Shown: one piece after another, positions 49,241 to 62,431 of the stretch | Numbering within the stretch: the first letter of the stretch is position 1 | Layout: every line of letters starts with the position of its first letter | Source of the DNA: Lama guanicoe | Lineage: Eukaryota | Length of the DNA stretch: 64,000 nucleotides | Direction: 5' to 3' | Assembly: GCA_013239625.1 (NCBI GenBank) | Contig: MU054575.1 | Coordinates: forward strand, 4,071,298-4,135,297 | Translations under genes and position numbers: made by a program | Notes under the pieces: model-generated | Told to the model about the DNA's origin: nothing | What the model saw: the letters and a program-made list of their open reading frames with translations, nothing else | Database searches by the model: none

Positions 49241-49633
49241 CCGGGAAATACCCACGATCTGCTCGTCCGGCAGCAGGCTGACGCGCATGAAGCAGGACTC
49301 GAAGCTGGCTTCCTCCCTCTCCAGGAGGTCCTTGCCCTGCAGCACAGCCACGTGGAGGGTGTGGGAGGCGGCATCGTAGTCCATGCTCACCTCCACCTGG
49401 CCCAGCGTGAAGTCCTGCCCGAAGGTGTTGCTCACGGAAGAGATAGAGTTCAGGGAGTCGGCTGACTGGGACTTTCGGAGGGTCCCGTAGGGGGCCAGGT
49501 CCAGCTCACGGCCCATCAGCTCCAGAGGCCCCAGCTCACTGATGCTCTCAAAGGTGTCCTCGATGCTGAGGCTGGCTTTGCGACTGGGTGGCCCCCGAGT
49601 GCTGGCCCGCTGGGTGTTCCAAGCAGGCACTCT
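49241..49633 (-). CDS. SYT12: SYT12 coding exon 3 (linker with Ser97; start of C2A)
   Basis: RVPAWNTQRASTRGPPSRKASLSIEDTFES..LLPDEQIVGISR|GTAAGT. Confidence 0.97.
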
Positions 49634-49799
49634 CTAGGGTGAGGAAAAGAACACGGGAGCATCGCCAGGGGAATAGGCAAAGAGATGCGGGAAGCCCCGT
49701 TCACGCAAAGCACTGCCAAGTTCCCCGTTTGCAAAAGCAGGGGATGCCGTAGTTAGGGAGGTCCTTCTTTAATGTTATTTCACGTCATTCAGTTTTCTC

Positions 49800-50940
49800 T
49801 CTCTAACCAGGATGTAAGAGAGCTTTTTCTCAAAATGTTTATATGGACTGAGACCCATACGTAAAAATGTTCACCAAACTGATGTTTATGAAAAGGAAAA
49901 ATACTTAGCAATCTAAGTATCCAGCAGAAGGGGAATGAGTAAGAAAACTAGAGTATATATACTCAATAGATGACCGAGCATCCTCAAAGGAAGTTTTCAA
50001 AAACGTCTACCACGTGGGAAAGCTTTCACATTGGATAACACTAACTATAACACTCGAACTTTTCTTTTCTCTAAAAAGACCTTGGGATTTGAGAGAAAAG
50101 CCTTTGTACCATAAGTGTCTGCCATGCTGGTGCAGTCTTCATTGCCATAATTTTTAATGGCCTCCTTCATTTGCCATTGAGTGCACAGCCATGGTTTATT
50201 TTACTATTCCCCTACTGTTGGACATTTATGTTGTTTCTAATTTTTCACAAATATAAACAATGTAGCACTGAATAGCACTCTTAAAAATCTTGACTTAGAG
50301 GACATAGTCCTTTTGAAAGCTTTTGACACATGTTTACAAAATGCTTTTTGGAAAAGTTGTGCCAATTTACAGTCTCCCCAACAGACTGAGAGATAATCAC
50401 TTCCAAAACCCCAAATAAGTGAGCATGTGGGACTCTTATCTGGTAACAGATTCTGGCTGTGCTCTTGGGAACTCCACATGATGTTAGAAAACTCTCTGCC
50501 AAGTGTCAGATGAGGAAGTGTTCAGCAATAGATATTGAGAGTCCCCAAAATGTTTATACTCTGTGATACAGTAATTCCACATCTGGGCATCCACTCAAAG
50601 TACGTGATCCCAAATGAAGACAAAGTTTTACATATAAACCATTTACTGCAGTATTTATAGTGACATTTAGTAAATACATAAAAAGGAATCTTGTGTAGCC
50701 ATTAAGATGATGTTTATGATGCATGTTCAACAACATGGGAAAATGCTTCGGCTTTAAGTGAGATGAAAAGAGTAGGGTATAAAGTTCTATGTAGAAATGA
50801 TAGCCATTGTGTAAAAACCATGCACGAAGAAAAGACTATGGGAGGGGGCTAGATTTAAAATATTGGAAAGATATAAACCAAAATGTTAATAGTTAGAAAA
50901 CAAGTCACAGTTGCTTGCCTCTGGGTGGTGGCATTTGGGG
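49800..50940. mobile_element. Degraded old L1 (L1ME-like) fragments in both orientations
   Basis: AT-rich; motifs such as TGTTGGACATTTATGTTGTTTCTAATTTTT and CAGTAATTCCACATCTGGG. Confidence 0.55.
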
Positions 50941-50944
50941 CGAG

Positions 50945-51036
50945 GTTTTTCTTCTTTTTGTTAATGGAGGTACTGGGGATTGAACGCAGGACCTCATGCA
51001 TGCTAAGCATGTGCTCCATGAGCTATACATACCCCC
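50945..51036 (-). mobile_element. Camelid tRNA-derived SINE (vic-1-like, short form)
   Basis: TAATGGAGGTACTGGGGATTGAACGCAGGACCTCATGCATGCTAAGCATG. Confidence 0.82.
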
Positions 51037-51280
51037 ATCTTCTTATTTTTATTTTCCTGTGTTTTTCATAGGTTGTTTTATTAAACTGAAAGCAATCATT
51101 TATTCACAAGTATTCACTGATTACCTAGCACTGGGCTATGCTGGCAAATCTGGAGGAGGACAAGGGTCCCTGTTCACAGGAGGAAACTAACAGGGAGGGA
51201 GTGAGGGCCAATCCTGAGAGTGGACGGTGGGGGTGTGGGGTGTACAACCCAGGGTGCATCCATGAGAATGGAAGTCTCAC

Positions 51281-51474
51281 CTTCTGCCTGGCCTCTGCGT
51301 AGGTCTCACCATATTTCTGCTGAAGGTACCTGTAGTCATAGTTTGGGAACGGGGAGGGGCTGGGGAAGGTCCCCGATGTCCAGAGCTTCCACAGGCTCAC
51401 AGCTGCAATTCCCAGCAATGCCAGGGCCCCAGCAGCGTAGACACCCACCTCCCAGTCAGGGGGGCTCTTGATGA
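51281..51474 (-). CDS. SYT12: SYT12 coding exon 2 (transmembrane helix)
   Basis: (V)IKSPPDWEVGVYAAGALALLGIAAVSLWKLW..YAEARQK|GTGAG. Confidence 0.97.
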
Positions 51475-51915
51475 CTGCAAGGCAAGAGCAGTCTCTCATT
51501 AATGGGTCCTATGGCCCCTCAGTTGTTACCCATCCGCACCTGGGGAGCCCGTAGTTCAGCACTGACTTGCTTACTCATTGAACAGCTACTGAGTACCTAC
51601 TATGCACCAGGCTCGGTGCTTGGTGCTGGGGATCCAGGGTCCAACAAGATGTACACCCTCTGATTTCTGCTTCTATCCTCTTTCCACAAAGACATACATT
51701 TCTATGTCTTGAGGACACTTGGCTAGAGCAGATGGAGAGCTGTGAACAGTGGTTAAATATTGCTTAAGCTTTAAACAGATTGGGTTGTTCCTGCCTCTTT
51801 GAGTTCTCTCAACCTTCAGAGGACTTGCGCTTCCAGATAATCAAAGCAGCCTTTTGGGATCTGGGGGAAGTGGAAAGAGATTTGAAGGAGAAAAAGAAAT
51901 GACCCAATTTTTGCC

Positions 51916-52130
51916 NNNNNNNNNNNNNNNNNNNNNNNNNNNNNNNNNNNNNNNNNNNNNNNNNNNNNNNNNNNNNNNNNNNNNNNNNNNNNNNNNNNNN
52001 NNNNNNNNNNNNNNNNNNNNNNNNNNNNNNNNNNNNNNNNNNNNNNNNNNNNNNNNNNNNNNNNNNNNNNNNNNNNNNNNNNNNNNNNNNNNNNNNNNNN
52101 NNNNNNNNNNNNNNNNNNNNNNNNNNNNNN
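51916..52130. other. Assembly gap
   Basis: Run of N. Confidence 1.
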
Positions 52131-52368
52131 AAAATGGGCAAATCCATACAGACAGAAAGTAGACTAGTGATTGTCAGAGGCCGGGGCGGGGGTGGTGGGG
52201 AGGATGTTGAATATGGAGTTTCTTTTTGGAATGATGAATATATTCTAAAAATTGATGTGCTGATGGTGGCACAATATACTAAAGCTCATTGAATTGTACA
52301 CTTTAAGCGGGTGAATTTATGGCATGTGAATTTTATCCCAATAAAGCTGTTACCAAAAAAAAAAAAAG
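52131..52368 (+). mobile_element. L1MB-like 3' end with poly(A)
   Basis: GGCAAATCCATACAGACAGAAAGTAGACTAGTG..CATTGAATTGTACACTTTAA..CAATAAAGCTGTT plus A tract. Confidence 0.8.
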
Positions 52369-55300
52369 ATCAAAAATCAAAAATCTCAGCCAGAAGCGAG
52401 AGGTGGCTGTAGGCTGTGCAGGGCTTGGGGACAAATCCAAATGCTCAAACCCTTTTTGTCCACTGATAAGTAAATAACTTTCCTTATCTGAGCCTCACTG
52501 TCCCCAAACATGGTAATTAACTACCCCCTCAGCCGTGTTGGGTAAGTCGTCACCTAGCACGGGGCTTGGCACATGGTAGAACCATCCAGGTTAAGTCACT
52601 CTACTAAGAAATCTGGCTCTGCATTCCCCAAAGAAGCCAATGACATAGTGGGATTCATTTTGCAGAAGGTCACACTGTCGGCAAACAAAATTCTCTAAAT
52701 CATTCTCAGTGTTGCCTCTATATTCAGTTCAGATGGAGAAACTGAGATATAGGAGAACTTGTCCAAGGTCCCAGAGCCAGGAAGGGGTGGTGCTGGGATT
52801 CCAACTCTGGCAGCCAGACTCCAGGGCCAGCAGGGGTAACCACTGCCCCACCTGGTCTCAACCCAGCTCAGTTCCCCGGCAGTAGGGTGGAGAGACGTGG
52901 AGAGGGTGTTTCAGGGGTGGAGACTTACCGAGCATCCATTGAGTGCCCTGTGGAGCGAGTCAGCCCCAGGCTCAGTCCCTGCCGTTAAGTAGCAGTCAGA
53001 GGGTGGGGTGGGCAAACAGACAAAACAGTGTGTACGGGAGTGTGAGAATAGTCCAGGAGGGCTTCCTGAAGAGGGACATCTAAGCTGAGATGTGCAGGAG
53101 CAGCAAGCAGCATCCCAGGCCAAGGTGCCAGGGACTGGGGTTTAGGGAAGGAAACAGGGGTGGGTGCAAAGATCAGAGCATCCAGAGAGCCCAGTGAGAG
53201 GGGGGAGCAGGCATTTGGAGCTGGAGGGGCTCTTTGACACTGCTCCCCAAAGCCTGCATAGGGAGGAATCATGCAGCTGGCCCCTCCTCTGCTGAGCCCA
53301 GCCAGCTCCAGCCAGAATCTACAACACTCACTCCCTCCAGAGAAGGGCAGGGCACAGACTTCAGCCCTGGCATTTACCCAGCACTGAGCATCCTACCCCC
53401 ACTATCTAGAGGAGAACTTAGGCTGGGAGAGGCTGGAGAGCACATCTACTTATGGGCTCAAGCCCACAGGGGAGAAAAATTGAGAGCCTGGGTGCAGGTG
53501 CCTTGGCTCCCTGGGAGGCCACCTGGTCTCTCTGGCTCCAGTCTCCTCATCCAGAGAGAGGAGATGACGACAAAAACACCCCCCATCCAGCGGTTCCACC
53601 CGGGGGATTTATTCTAAGGGAAAAAAATCCCAATGAGTTTTATGTCTGGAGTGAGTCATCGAGTCTGTATTTATAACAGCAGAAATCCAGAAACAGCCTG
53701 AGGTCCAACCGAGGGGGCCAGTGGTGCTGTCTCTGGAGGGACTGTCACTGGGCTTTGAGAATGACAACTGAGGTCATTAGGATGTCTCTGCGGCAATGCA
53801 GAGAAAGGTTTCAGGCATTGTTAAGAGAAAGAAAGAAATCAGTCTCCAGCACGGTTTAACTACAGGATTTTGATGTCAGAATCACTCAGCGTGTGAACGA
53901 GAGCTGCGCTTCCAGGCCTGGCTGGCACACGGGGAGGTGCGGCTGGGGCGCGGAAGGAGGAACCCCGGGGAGCTGACGCGAAGTGCTGACAGCTAATGCT
54001 CCTTTATTTACTCATTTTATTGAGCGCCAGCCTTGGGATGGTGTGGGAAGATTCCCCAGGGAATGAGGTCTGAACTAAGACCAGAAATGAGGAGAAGGAG
54101 TCTCAGTAATAATTGCTTCCTTTACTGTTTACTATTTGCCAGGCTCGGTTCCAACGCTTCATGGATATTAACCCACCGAGTCCTCAGAACAACTCTATGA
54201 GGAAGGTTCTATTATTATCCCCATTTTACAGATGAGGAAGTGGAGAGAGAGAGGAGATATTCACTGCCAGACAATCTGGCTCCAGATCTGGGCCTGTCCC
54301 CTCCTCACCAGTGGCGAGGACTAGCCAGGCAGAGGCAGGAAGTACTCCACGCAAAGGGAAGGGCATGTGCGAAGGCCTAGAGGTGGGGGAGAGCTGTGTT
54401 GGCACCGTGGGTACTTTACACATCTTAGCTCATTTCCCAGCAATCCCCGAGGCAGGCCTCACTGCCCCATTTTACAGATAAGTAAGTGGAGGCTCAGGTT
54501 TCATCACTTGCTGAAGGCCACACCAGGGCCTGGGCCAAGACCTGCGAGCATGCAGATGAAAAGAGAAAATTCCTGGCTGGGAATTGGGAAAGGGAGTCCC
54601 TGGTACGTCCTTCAGCTGAGCCCTCAGCTGGCTGGGGGCTGAGCTAGGGGCGGAGCTGGAGTGACAGGGAGCACCAGCCCAGGAGTCAGAAGACCTGGGT
54701 TCATGTCCTGACCCTGTTATTTAGTCACTGCCCCTTTCCTGTACTGAGCCTCCCTTCTCCCCATCACATGGGGAGGGGAACACAAGGAGAAAAGATGGCA
54801 AGTATATTTCGGCTCTGACACCATCCACCATTGGTTGGAGTGTCTGGTGTCTTGAGGCTGTTCCTAAGCTCAGTGCCTGCTGGGGCCCACATGAGCCCAC
54901 AGTGCTGTCCCTGGACTGGGCAGTGTCGGTGTTTAATGTCCTGTGGATTTAACAGCAACCTTCCTGGGTTTCCTCTCATTTGGCTCTAGGAATGGCCTCA
55001 GGGCAGTGGGTTCCGGATCACAGCCTTAACCTTAGGGAGCAGCAGAACATGGGCCTCCTAGGGGATCCCCTCAGGTCAAACAGAGGGAATCGCTTCCACA
55101 GGAAGGGGCCACTAGAGCAGAAAGATGAAGAGGTCACAGACTGGTCCCAGCCTGGTGCCCCCAAGGCTGTGTGACCGGGGGCCACTCACTCACTGTTCTC
55201 ATCAGTAAAACAAGGCCATTACAGATGACCCACTGACATTCCCCACCCCAGGCCTGGTGGGAGGCTCCTGTGAGATGGCACGCTTGCTGCTGGGACTTAC

Positions 55301-55334
55301 CGCTCAGGTGGTATTCGGCCACGTCCACGGCCAT
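55301..55334 (-). CDS. SYT12: SYT12 first coding exon (exon 55301-55357); synaptotagmin-12, 1266-nt spliced CDS, 421 aa
   Basis: GGCGCCATGG Kozak context, MAVDVAEYHLS G|GTAAGT; exons 34+194+393+216+121+134+174 = 1266 nt in frame. Confidence 0.97.
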
Positions 55335-55505
55335 GGCGCCCGCTGCAGGGGCTGGCACTGGAAGGGAGAGAGAGTCAGCAGAGAGAGCTTCAGAGGGTCC
55401 CCACCCCTCACCTCACACCCCATGGGCAGAAGTAGTGGTTTTTTATAATAGTATTTTTAAAAAATGCTGTTTGAAGCTCTTTTCAAGCACTCTAAGACCT
55501 AATTT

Positions 55506-55680
55506 CAGGGTTGCCAGATAAAACACAAGATGCCCAGTGACATGTGAATTTCACATTAGTTTTTAGTATGTCTAAATATGGCACGGGACATGCTTATACT
55601 AAAAAAAATTATTCACTGATTATCTGAAACTCAATAGTCCCTGGCATCCTGTATTTGTCCTTGCTAACGCTGGCATCCCT
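55506..55680. mobile_element. MER53-like hAT MITE
   Basis: Terminal inverted repeats AGGGTTGCCAG ... CTGGCATCCCT and internal palindromic structure. Confidence 0.75.
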
Positions 55681-57860
55681 CCTTTGCTGCCCGCCTACCC
55701 CCAGCAGGCTGGCCGGCAGCCCCTCAGTGTGTGCAGAAGACTGACTTCAAATACTTTTGTTTAAATTGAATGGAAACGCTGCATTTCTACACTATTCTAT
55801 TATCAGTCCTTCCTCTGCTTGGGATGGTTTCCTCCCCACCCCACCTGCCACTCCCAGGTTGTATGAACCACTGAAAGTTTGACTATGCTGTTTTAGAAAG
55901 GTCTGGAAGCTCATACAAGCCATTACCTGAACCCAGGCAACTGCTCATAGTTTTATTATTGTTGTTGCTAAGAAGTAAGTCTAGCTCAGAGACACGTTCT
56001 AAATGGGGGGTGGGGGGAAAAAGGGAGGCTGTGATGAACTGTATGGCTCTCAGCTCAAGGGACACAGAGGACAGGAGAGCCCCCACTCCAACTTCTGCGT
56101 TCCCTCATGGTTCAGAGATATGGTTACAAAAAGGTGAGATGGGGTACACGGGGGAGGTGAGGGTTGCAGGGGAGACCTGTAGAGGGCCTGCCCACCCAAG
56201 GGCCTCTACTCTCCTGTTCCCACAAGAATGCCAACCCAACCTGGCTGAATCTCCTGGCTCTTTAAAGAAAAGCCAGATACCTGGATTTTTTATGTGTCGT
56301 TTCTTGATTTTTAAATGTTGCAACCAATTCACAACAAAATGTAAACACCATTCAGGTAGAGAGGAATGGGCTCCTGGGCAGTGGCTAGGCCGTTTGCAAC
56401 CCGTTGAAGGAGTCTGTGGGCTCCTTCTGACACTGCGGTCAAATCAAGGGGTGAGCATTTTCCGGAATCCTGAGGTTGTCCTCAATTTGTAGCTCTGGAG
56501 TCAACAAACTGGGGTGCTTTGATCCAGACAGTGTTATCTGGCATTTAGGAGAGTGACATAGGTCCCAGATCAGGAGGCCTTGAGAAGCAGGGCGGAACAG
56601 GGCCCTGGGGTGAAGCCCTGACAGGTGCACAGACTGCTCCTTGCTCCCAGCTCCTCTGCTGATGCTCCGACTCCCACGGTGAGATGTGGGTTGTCATGGT
56701 GATGGGAGAGAGGTGCTAACCAGGAAGGGCATCACTCATGCCAATTCAAGTGGACCTCATTCCTGAGACCTGGGCGGGAGATCATAATGGCCCTGCTGAG
56801 CACTCCTTATACCCAAGCTCTAAGCACTTGCATATGTATTACCTCACGTAATCCTCTAAGAACCCCAGAGGCAGGGACTATTATTACCTCTTGTTTGCAG
56901 AAGAGAGTCCTGAGGCAAGGAGGTGAAGTCATCTGCCCGAGGCTGCACAGCTAAGAAACTATTCAACCCAGGCCTTCAGACTCCTGCTAACCCCGGTGCC
57001 TACTGAAGGCAGGCACGTTGTTTCGAAAGTTGCCTGAGAACCCACAGGCCAAGTTAGGCACTGTGAGCAAGCCCAAGGTGGCCCCAGTTCCTGGTAGAAG
57101 GGGGTCTGGACACAGTGAAACGCACATGTTAACATGAACACGTGTCCCAGCCTGCCTCTGCCTTGTGGGCAATGGGATCATGCCATCGGCTTGCTTTCCT
57201 GCTCACCTGGCACAGGCTGACTTCTCGCGCTGGGACAGCCAATGCCAGCAGCACACTAGTGTGGGCTGGGTGCGCCCTGCGGCAAGTTCCTGGAGTCTGG
57301 GCAGAAACCTGTATCTGCTGTATCCAGGGGCCCCTACCTCTCCAAAGCTGGTCCAGCTCAGACCTCAGACTCCTCCACTGCATATCTTTCCCCATCTGAT
57401 CACAACACCCCATGATCAGGAGCTGTGCTTTCAGGGAAGGTGTGAGTGATTCTAGGCACACCCTGGCCAGAAGGTCCGGCGGTGAAGGGGCAGAAGCCAA
57501 AGTGCATCTGCCTGAGAGGAGGGAGGAGAGAACTTGGGGGAGATGCTGAGGTTCTGAATCTCAGATCCGCCCCCTCACTACCTTCAAGCCTCAGATGTCC
57601 CATCTGTAAAATCGGGCCAATGATTGCCTTATCAGGGTGCCAAGAGGGGGGGACGGGAAGTGTGGTTGGACTTGGCAAATCTGAGCTGCTGTGGTTCCTG
57701 GCCTAGCAATGGTCCAGAAGGGCCCCGAACCCCTACTTTGAGCAGTGGAATTATGTGGGCAGCACTGCCAGCCTGCAGATGTGTTTCATTTGTCTTAAAG
57801 TGAGTGGCCAACATTTAAAAGTTGGGAGATTTCCCATTAGAAATAGCTTCCTTCAAAAAA

Positions 57861-57884
57861 GAGAGAGAGAGAGAGAGAGAGAGA
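57861..57884 (+). repeat. (GA)12 microsatellite
   Basis: Seen directly. Confidence 0.95.
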
Positions 57885-60229
57885 TCCAGCTTCCTTTTAA
57901 AAGTTAGAAGATTTGGGAACAGTGTGTCTGTATCCCCCATCCCTGCACACCTCTCCCCCCCAAAAAATAGCCAGAGCTGGAGCTGAGTAGGCTGCGTTCC
58001 TCAGACAGGGCTTCTGCCCTTCAGGCCTGGCACCTCCCACCCCTCCATTCATTTCCAGAAACTGCTGGCCACTGGAAGCATCTCCATTCCTGAGCCTGGT
58101 AAGCAGGCCTTCACATGAGCTGGGGCTGAGGGAGGGGGCTGGGTTGATTCAGAGAGGTTAAGTAACTTGCCCAAAGCCACACAGCCAGCAGTGGTGGAGC
58201 TGGGCCTGCTACCAGGTCCAGCACCTCTTCTATTAGGAGCCACAGCCCATGCGCCAAGGGCCTCAACATGTGTCTTCCCCGTCACCTCCCCCTGAACCCT
58301 ATGGGGCAAATCCTGTTATTATCCCCACTCCACAGAGGAGGAAGATGAGGTTTAGAGAAGGGCGGTAAATTCGCCCAAGGTCACCCAGCTAGTAAGTAGA
58401 GAGCTGAGACTGAGCCAGATCTGGCTCTGCAGCAAGCGCCCTTCTTAATGACTTGCCTTGCTCTCACCGAGACCCCTGACTCCATCTCACCCACTACAAC
58501 AACCTCAGCGGGCTCCAGCTGGTAGCCTGAGGTTTGCCAGTAGAGGGGCTGCAGCCTGGCTTGGAACAGGATGCTGACAAGGCACATTCGAGGCCAGGGC
58601 AGCCTGTGACCAGAGCTTCCCAGTGTTTCTGACACACAGGAAACAGAGCATAGCAGGGGAGGGTCAGAGCTGCCCCCAACCTTCATCTGAGCCCCTTCCT
58701 GGCACCCTTCCTCACTCAGTCTATTCATTCTGGCCCCAAACCCTAAATTGCATGGGGCTTGCTCATTGAAAACAGTGCTAGGTTCAAATCCAGGCTTAAC
58801 CATCCCTACCCAGCAATACCTACTGATTGCTGTAAGAATTAGACATAATACATGCCAAAAGCCTAGTGTGGTGCCTGGCCCGTAGTACGCACATGATATA
58901 GACCTGACAACTGAGTCGATAAATGGACCCCTCTTTCACAGACAAGGAAGCCGTGGCTGGAGTCACTCAGCATGGGAGTAGCAATACTGGGATTGGCGGC
59001 AAGATGCGATGGTGCTGGGCCTGGGTTCTTGGCCACCATGCCACCTCCAGACTAGGCCTTTCGGTGGGGTGGCCACTGGCCTTACTGGAATCTGACCACA
59101 GTCAAGGCCCCCTCCTGGGCTTGTCAAGAAATGGCTTTCCAGGAATTTTGTGCCCCTGCAGGGGAGAGGGTCCCCATGGCTCTGCTCCCCCTCACCCCAT
59201 TTCCTTGCTCACTGTGTCCCCATGTCACATCTCTGGCTCCCCCTACACTCACTCTGAGGCCAGCAGGTAATGGGAAGGACCATGGGTGGGGACAGGGGAG
59301 CCCTGGACCTCCCAGGCTGGGAGCCTTATTAGGATCTTTAGGTTTGAGAGCCTTTTCAAGTGATCCCGGCTTTCTGGAATAAACACATTTTGCTACCAAC
59401 CCCCTCAAAGCCCTCGGAAACCACAGTACAGACTGGCGAGGGTGATGGTTGGCATTTACTGGGCACCTACTATATGCCAGGCCCTGTACCAAGGGCTGGC
59501 CAGGTGTTATTTCAGCAAATCCTCCCTGCTGCCTTCTGATGGGGCTGCTACTCTGCCCACTGTACTGGTAAGAAAACTGAGGTGCAGGAAAATACTTTCT
59601 CATAGTCACCAGAGCTGACAAAAGGCAGAGTCCAAGCTTGAACCTCTCCCAAAATGCTTGGGGAAGGTTTCAGATTTCAGGGGCTTGGGTCTTCTCCAGA
59701 CTGGGTGTGTCAATTTGGGCGGGTCTCCTGCCCTGTTCCCACATCTCTAGCAGCACAGCTACTGCTCTTCTCCAAACCTGTCACCCTCTGGCTCAGGGAA
59801 AGGGCTGACATTCCTGGGTGCAGGGTTCCCAGGCACGTTGGAGGGAGGGTGGCCTCACTGACTGAGGAGTCAGTCACTGTCCCCTGACACAGTCCCTCCA
59901 CAGATCCTGGGAGTGGGGTCACTAAGATGGCTGGCTCAGGGCTCCTCCACCCACAAGCCTGGTTCCAGGTCCCCACGTACCACCCCAGCCCCCAATTCTT
60001 CACTCCGAATCTATATCCCCAAGGCCCCAGTACGGCAAGTTTCCTCTCCCAAAGAGCGGTGGCATCAAAGGTTGGTGGGGCATCAAACGTTGGTGGGGAG
60101 ACACTGGCAAGCTCCCCATCCAGGCTGGTGATACTAGACAGAAGCTGAAGATCCCTTTGGTCTCCCAGGGCCTCCTGGCAAAGGGGTGCGACATGCCTCT
60201 CAGAATTGGGGCATTTCCTGAAAACCCAG

Positions 60230-61170
60230 CAACCATGCCACGCGCAAACCCCCAGGCTATATGGGAACTGGAGTGTTGGGGGCTGACCCCGGAGCGCGGA
60301 GGGGGTGAGGCAGAGCAGGGGCAGTGGGACAGTCCGGGTGCTGTGTGTGAGTATGAGGGGCGTGCGTGGCGCGGGCGCCAGGGAGGCGTGTAAATGGCCG
60401 GGTGAGCCGCGTGTGTGCACACGCTGGGCGGGCGTGCGGGGCACGATGCGATGCGCAGTGCGCGGAGTGGCCAGGCCGGGGAAGGGCGCCCGGCGTGCGC
60501 TGTGCCGGGCGTGCGTGTGCAAGCGCGGCGCCGGTGTGGGATCCCCGCAAGTGTGCGGCTGTGCGGGGAGCGCGGAGCCGGGGGGACCCCGGCGCTGGGA
60601 GGGGGCACTGTGGGCGTCCGCGCGCGGGGGGCGGCGGGGCGAGTACTCACCCCGCTTCTGTGGAGGGGCCGCCGCTCCCGCTCGGGCTCTGGCTTGGGCT
60701 CCGGCTCCCGGCTCCCGGCCGGCCTCCTGCGGCGCGCACGCACCAGCGCCAAGCCTGGCGGTCGCCGGCGGAACCACCCCTGCAGTGTCGCCGGGCGCNN
60801 NNNNNNNNNNNNNNNNNNNNNNNNNNNNNNNNNNNNNNNNNNNNNNNNNNNNNNNNNNNNNNNNNNNNNNNNNNNNNNNNNNNNNNNNNNNNNNNNNNNN
60901 NNNNNNNNNNNNNNNNNNNNNNNNNNNNNNCCTCTTTAATTTAAAGTGACAACCCCGAGCGCTCTCTCCGCTCCCAGTAGCTGCTTGGCGCTTCCAGGGT
61001 CCGAGCCGAAGATCCCCAAGCGCGCCTCAGAGTCAGGGGTCTTCCGTGACCGAGCCCAGCCCCTCACTCCCAGGCCCGGGGACGACTGGGGGTGGGCATG
61101 TGTTCACCGGGAGCTCTGAGAGGCCGACCGAGCACTGGACGCAGAGTCAGCTGCCGCATCCCAGCTTCGT
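60230..61170. promoter_or_regulatory. SYT12 CpG island promoter (contains N gap 60799-60930)
   Basis: CpG-dense region about 5.3 kb upstream of the first coding exon. Confidence 0.88.
60651..60798 (-). other. SYT12: Probable SYT12 non-coding exon 1 (5' end uncertain, abuts the gap)
   Basis: Donor GGG|GTGAGT at 60651/60650 inside the CpG island. Confidence 0.75.
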
Positions 61171-61339
61171 GTGTCCCCTTTCTAGGCCTCAGTTTCTTTT
61201 TCTGTAGAACGGGCTGGCTACTGTGTACGTCCTGGGAACCAATGAGAAAGCAGGCAGAGCAGAGGAAAGCAGCCCCTTCTCTGAATGGATAATTACCTCC
61301 TCCCACTAGGACTGGGCTGTTCCTGTAGGCCAACAGCGT

Positions 61340-61510
61340 CTCACTTAATCCTCACAATGACCTAATGGGGTCGTGGTCACTCCATTTTTCACATGAGGAA
61401 ATGGGCTCAGAGAGGTGAAATAGCCTTCTCAAGGTCACAGAGCCAAGAATCAAAACTAAGACTTGAACCTTGGTCTGAGTGTCTTCAAAGCCGAGACTCT
61501 TAACCACTTA
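61340..61510. mobile_element. MIR, representative of many copies (others near 8170, 9000, 13200, 22130, 25330, 26400, 28050, 34960, 37610, 40480, 43200, 48070, 54150, 58140, 63500)
   Basis: MIR core variants of CCCATTTTACAGATGAGGAAACTGAGGCTCAGAGAGGT..CCCAAGGTCACACAGCT. Confidence 0.7.
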
Positions 61511-62431
61511 GGGGTCGTGCTTTCTCTCCAAAGGAATGAATGAATCATTCAGGAGGTATTTATGACGGCCCCGCTGAAGGCTAGGCACAGTGCCAGGTGT
61601 GGGCGATCTTCCATGTTCCCGGAACAGGGGAACAGGACCCTCCTTGCCCGCGCAGCCTGGCAGGGAGGCTCGCAGGCATTAGGAGAGGCTGGAGTGTTCA
61701 GGGGAAGGTGCCACGTGCTGTGGGCACAGTAACCAGGAGAGCAAGCTTGGTGGGCACCTGGGGAGGCTTCCCGGGGGGTCTGTAGGATATGGGATGGTTT
61801 GGGAAGAAGGGTGAGGATCTCAGTTGGCAAGCATGTGTGCAAAGGCTGCAGCGGTTTCTAGATCATCTACCCTCTGGGACTTTGGGGCTAAGAGCAACCT
61901 GTGGGCACTGCCCTCTCGGTAGGAGCTGGGTCTGTGCTGGCCTTGTGGAGAGGGGGTGTCCGTGGTCTAAAAGGCAGGACCATGGGGAGCCAGGGATGCA
62001 GTTTCACTCTCACCCACAGGGGCACCCTTTCCCAGTTCCTTTTCTGGATCTGGAAGAAAAAGGAGAAAGGGCATGGATTATGCCCCTTGGAGGCGGGAGG
62101 AGCTGGGCACCGGGCCATGGGCTCTCACTGTCATTTTTGTTTAACTTAATCTTCATGGCCACCTGCAGTTTGGGATGATTGAGCCCATTTTCCACATGAG
62201 GACACTGAGTCATGAAGGGTTCCCACTTCAAGAGGGAGTGACGAATTAGACACACCATCCACACATAAAATGGTGCACTCTGATGCCAGCTTCTACTGGA
62301 GCAGCTAAAAGGTGAAGATGAGGCTGGTCTGCTTCTGGTGTCAGCCCATTGGGCTGATGCGAGAACTGGAGTCTAGACTGAGCTTGAAAGGAGATCTTGT
62401 CAATTTCATGTTAAAAACCCTTCAGTGAAGT

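Noticed and set aside
60325-60346. REST/NRSE-like half sites in SYT12 intron 1
   Set aside because: Spacing is 1 nt instead of 2 and the second half site is mismatched.
59710-60949. 355-, 250- and 214-aa ORFs at the SYT12 promoter
   Set aside because: Same GC-island artefact, no recognisable domain.
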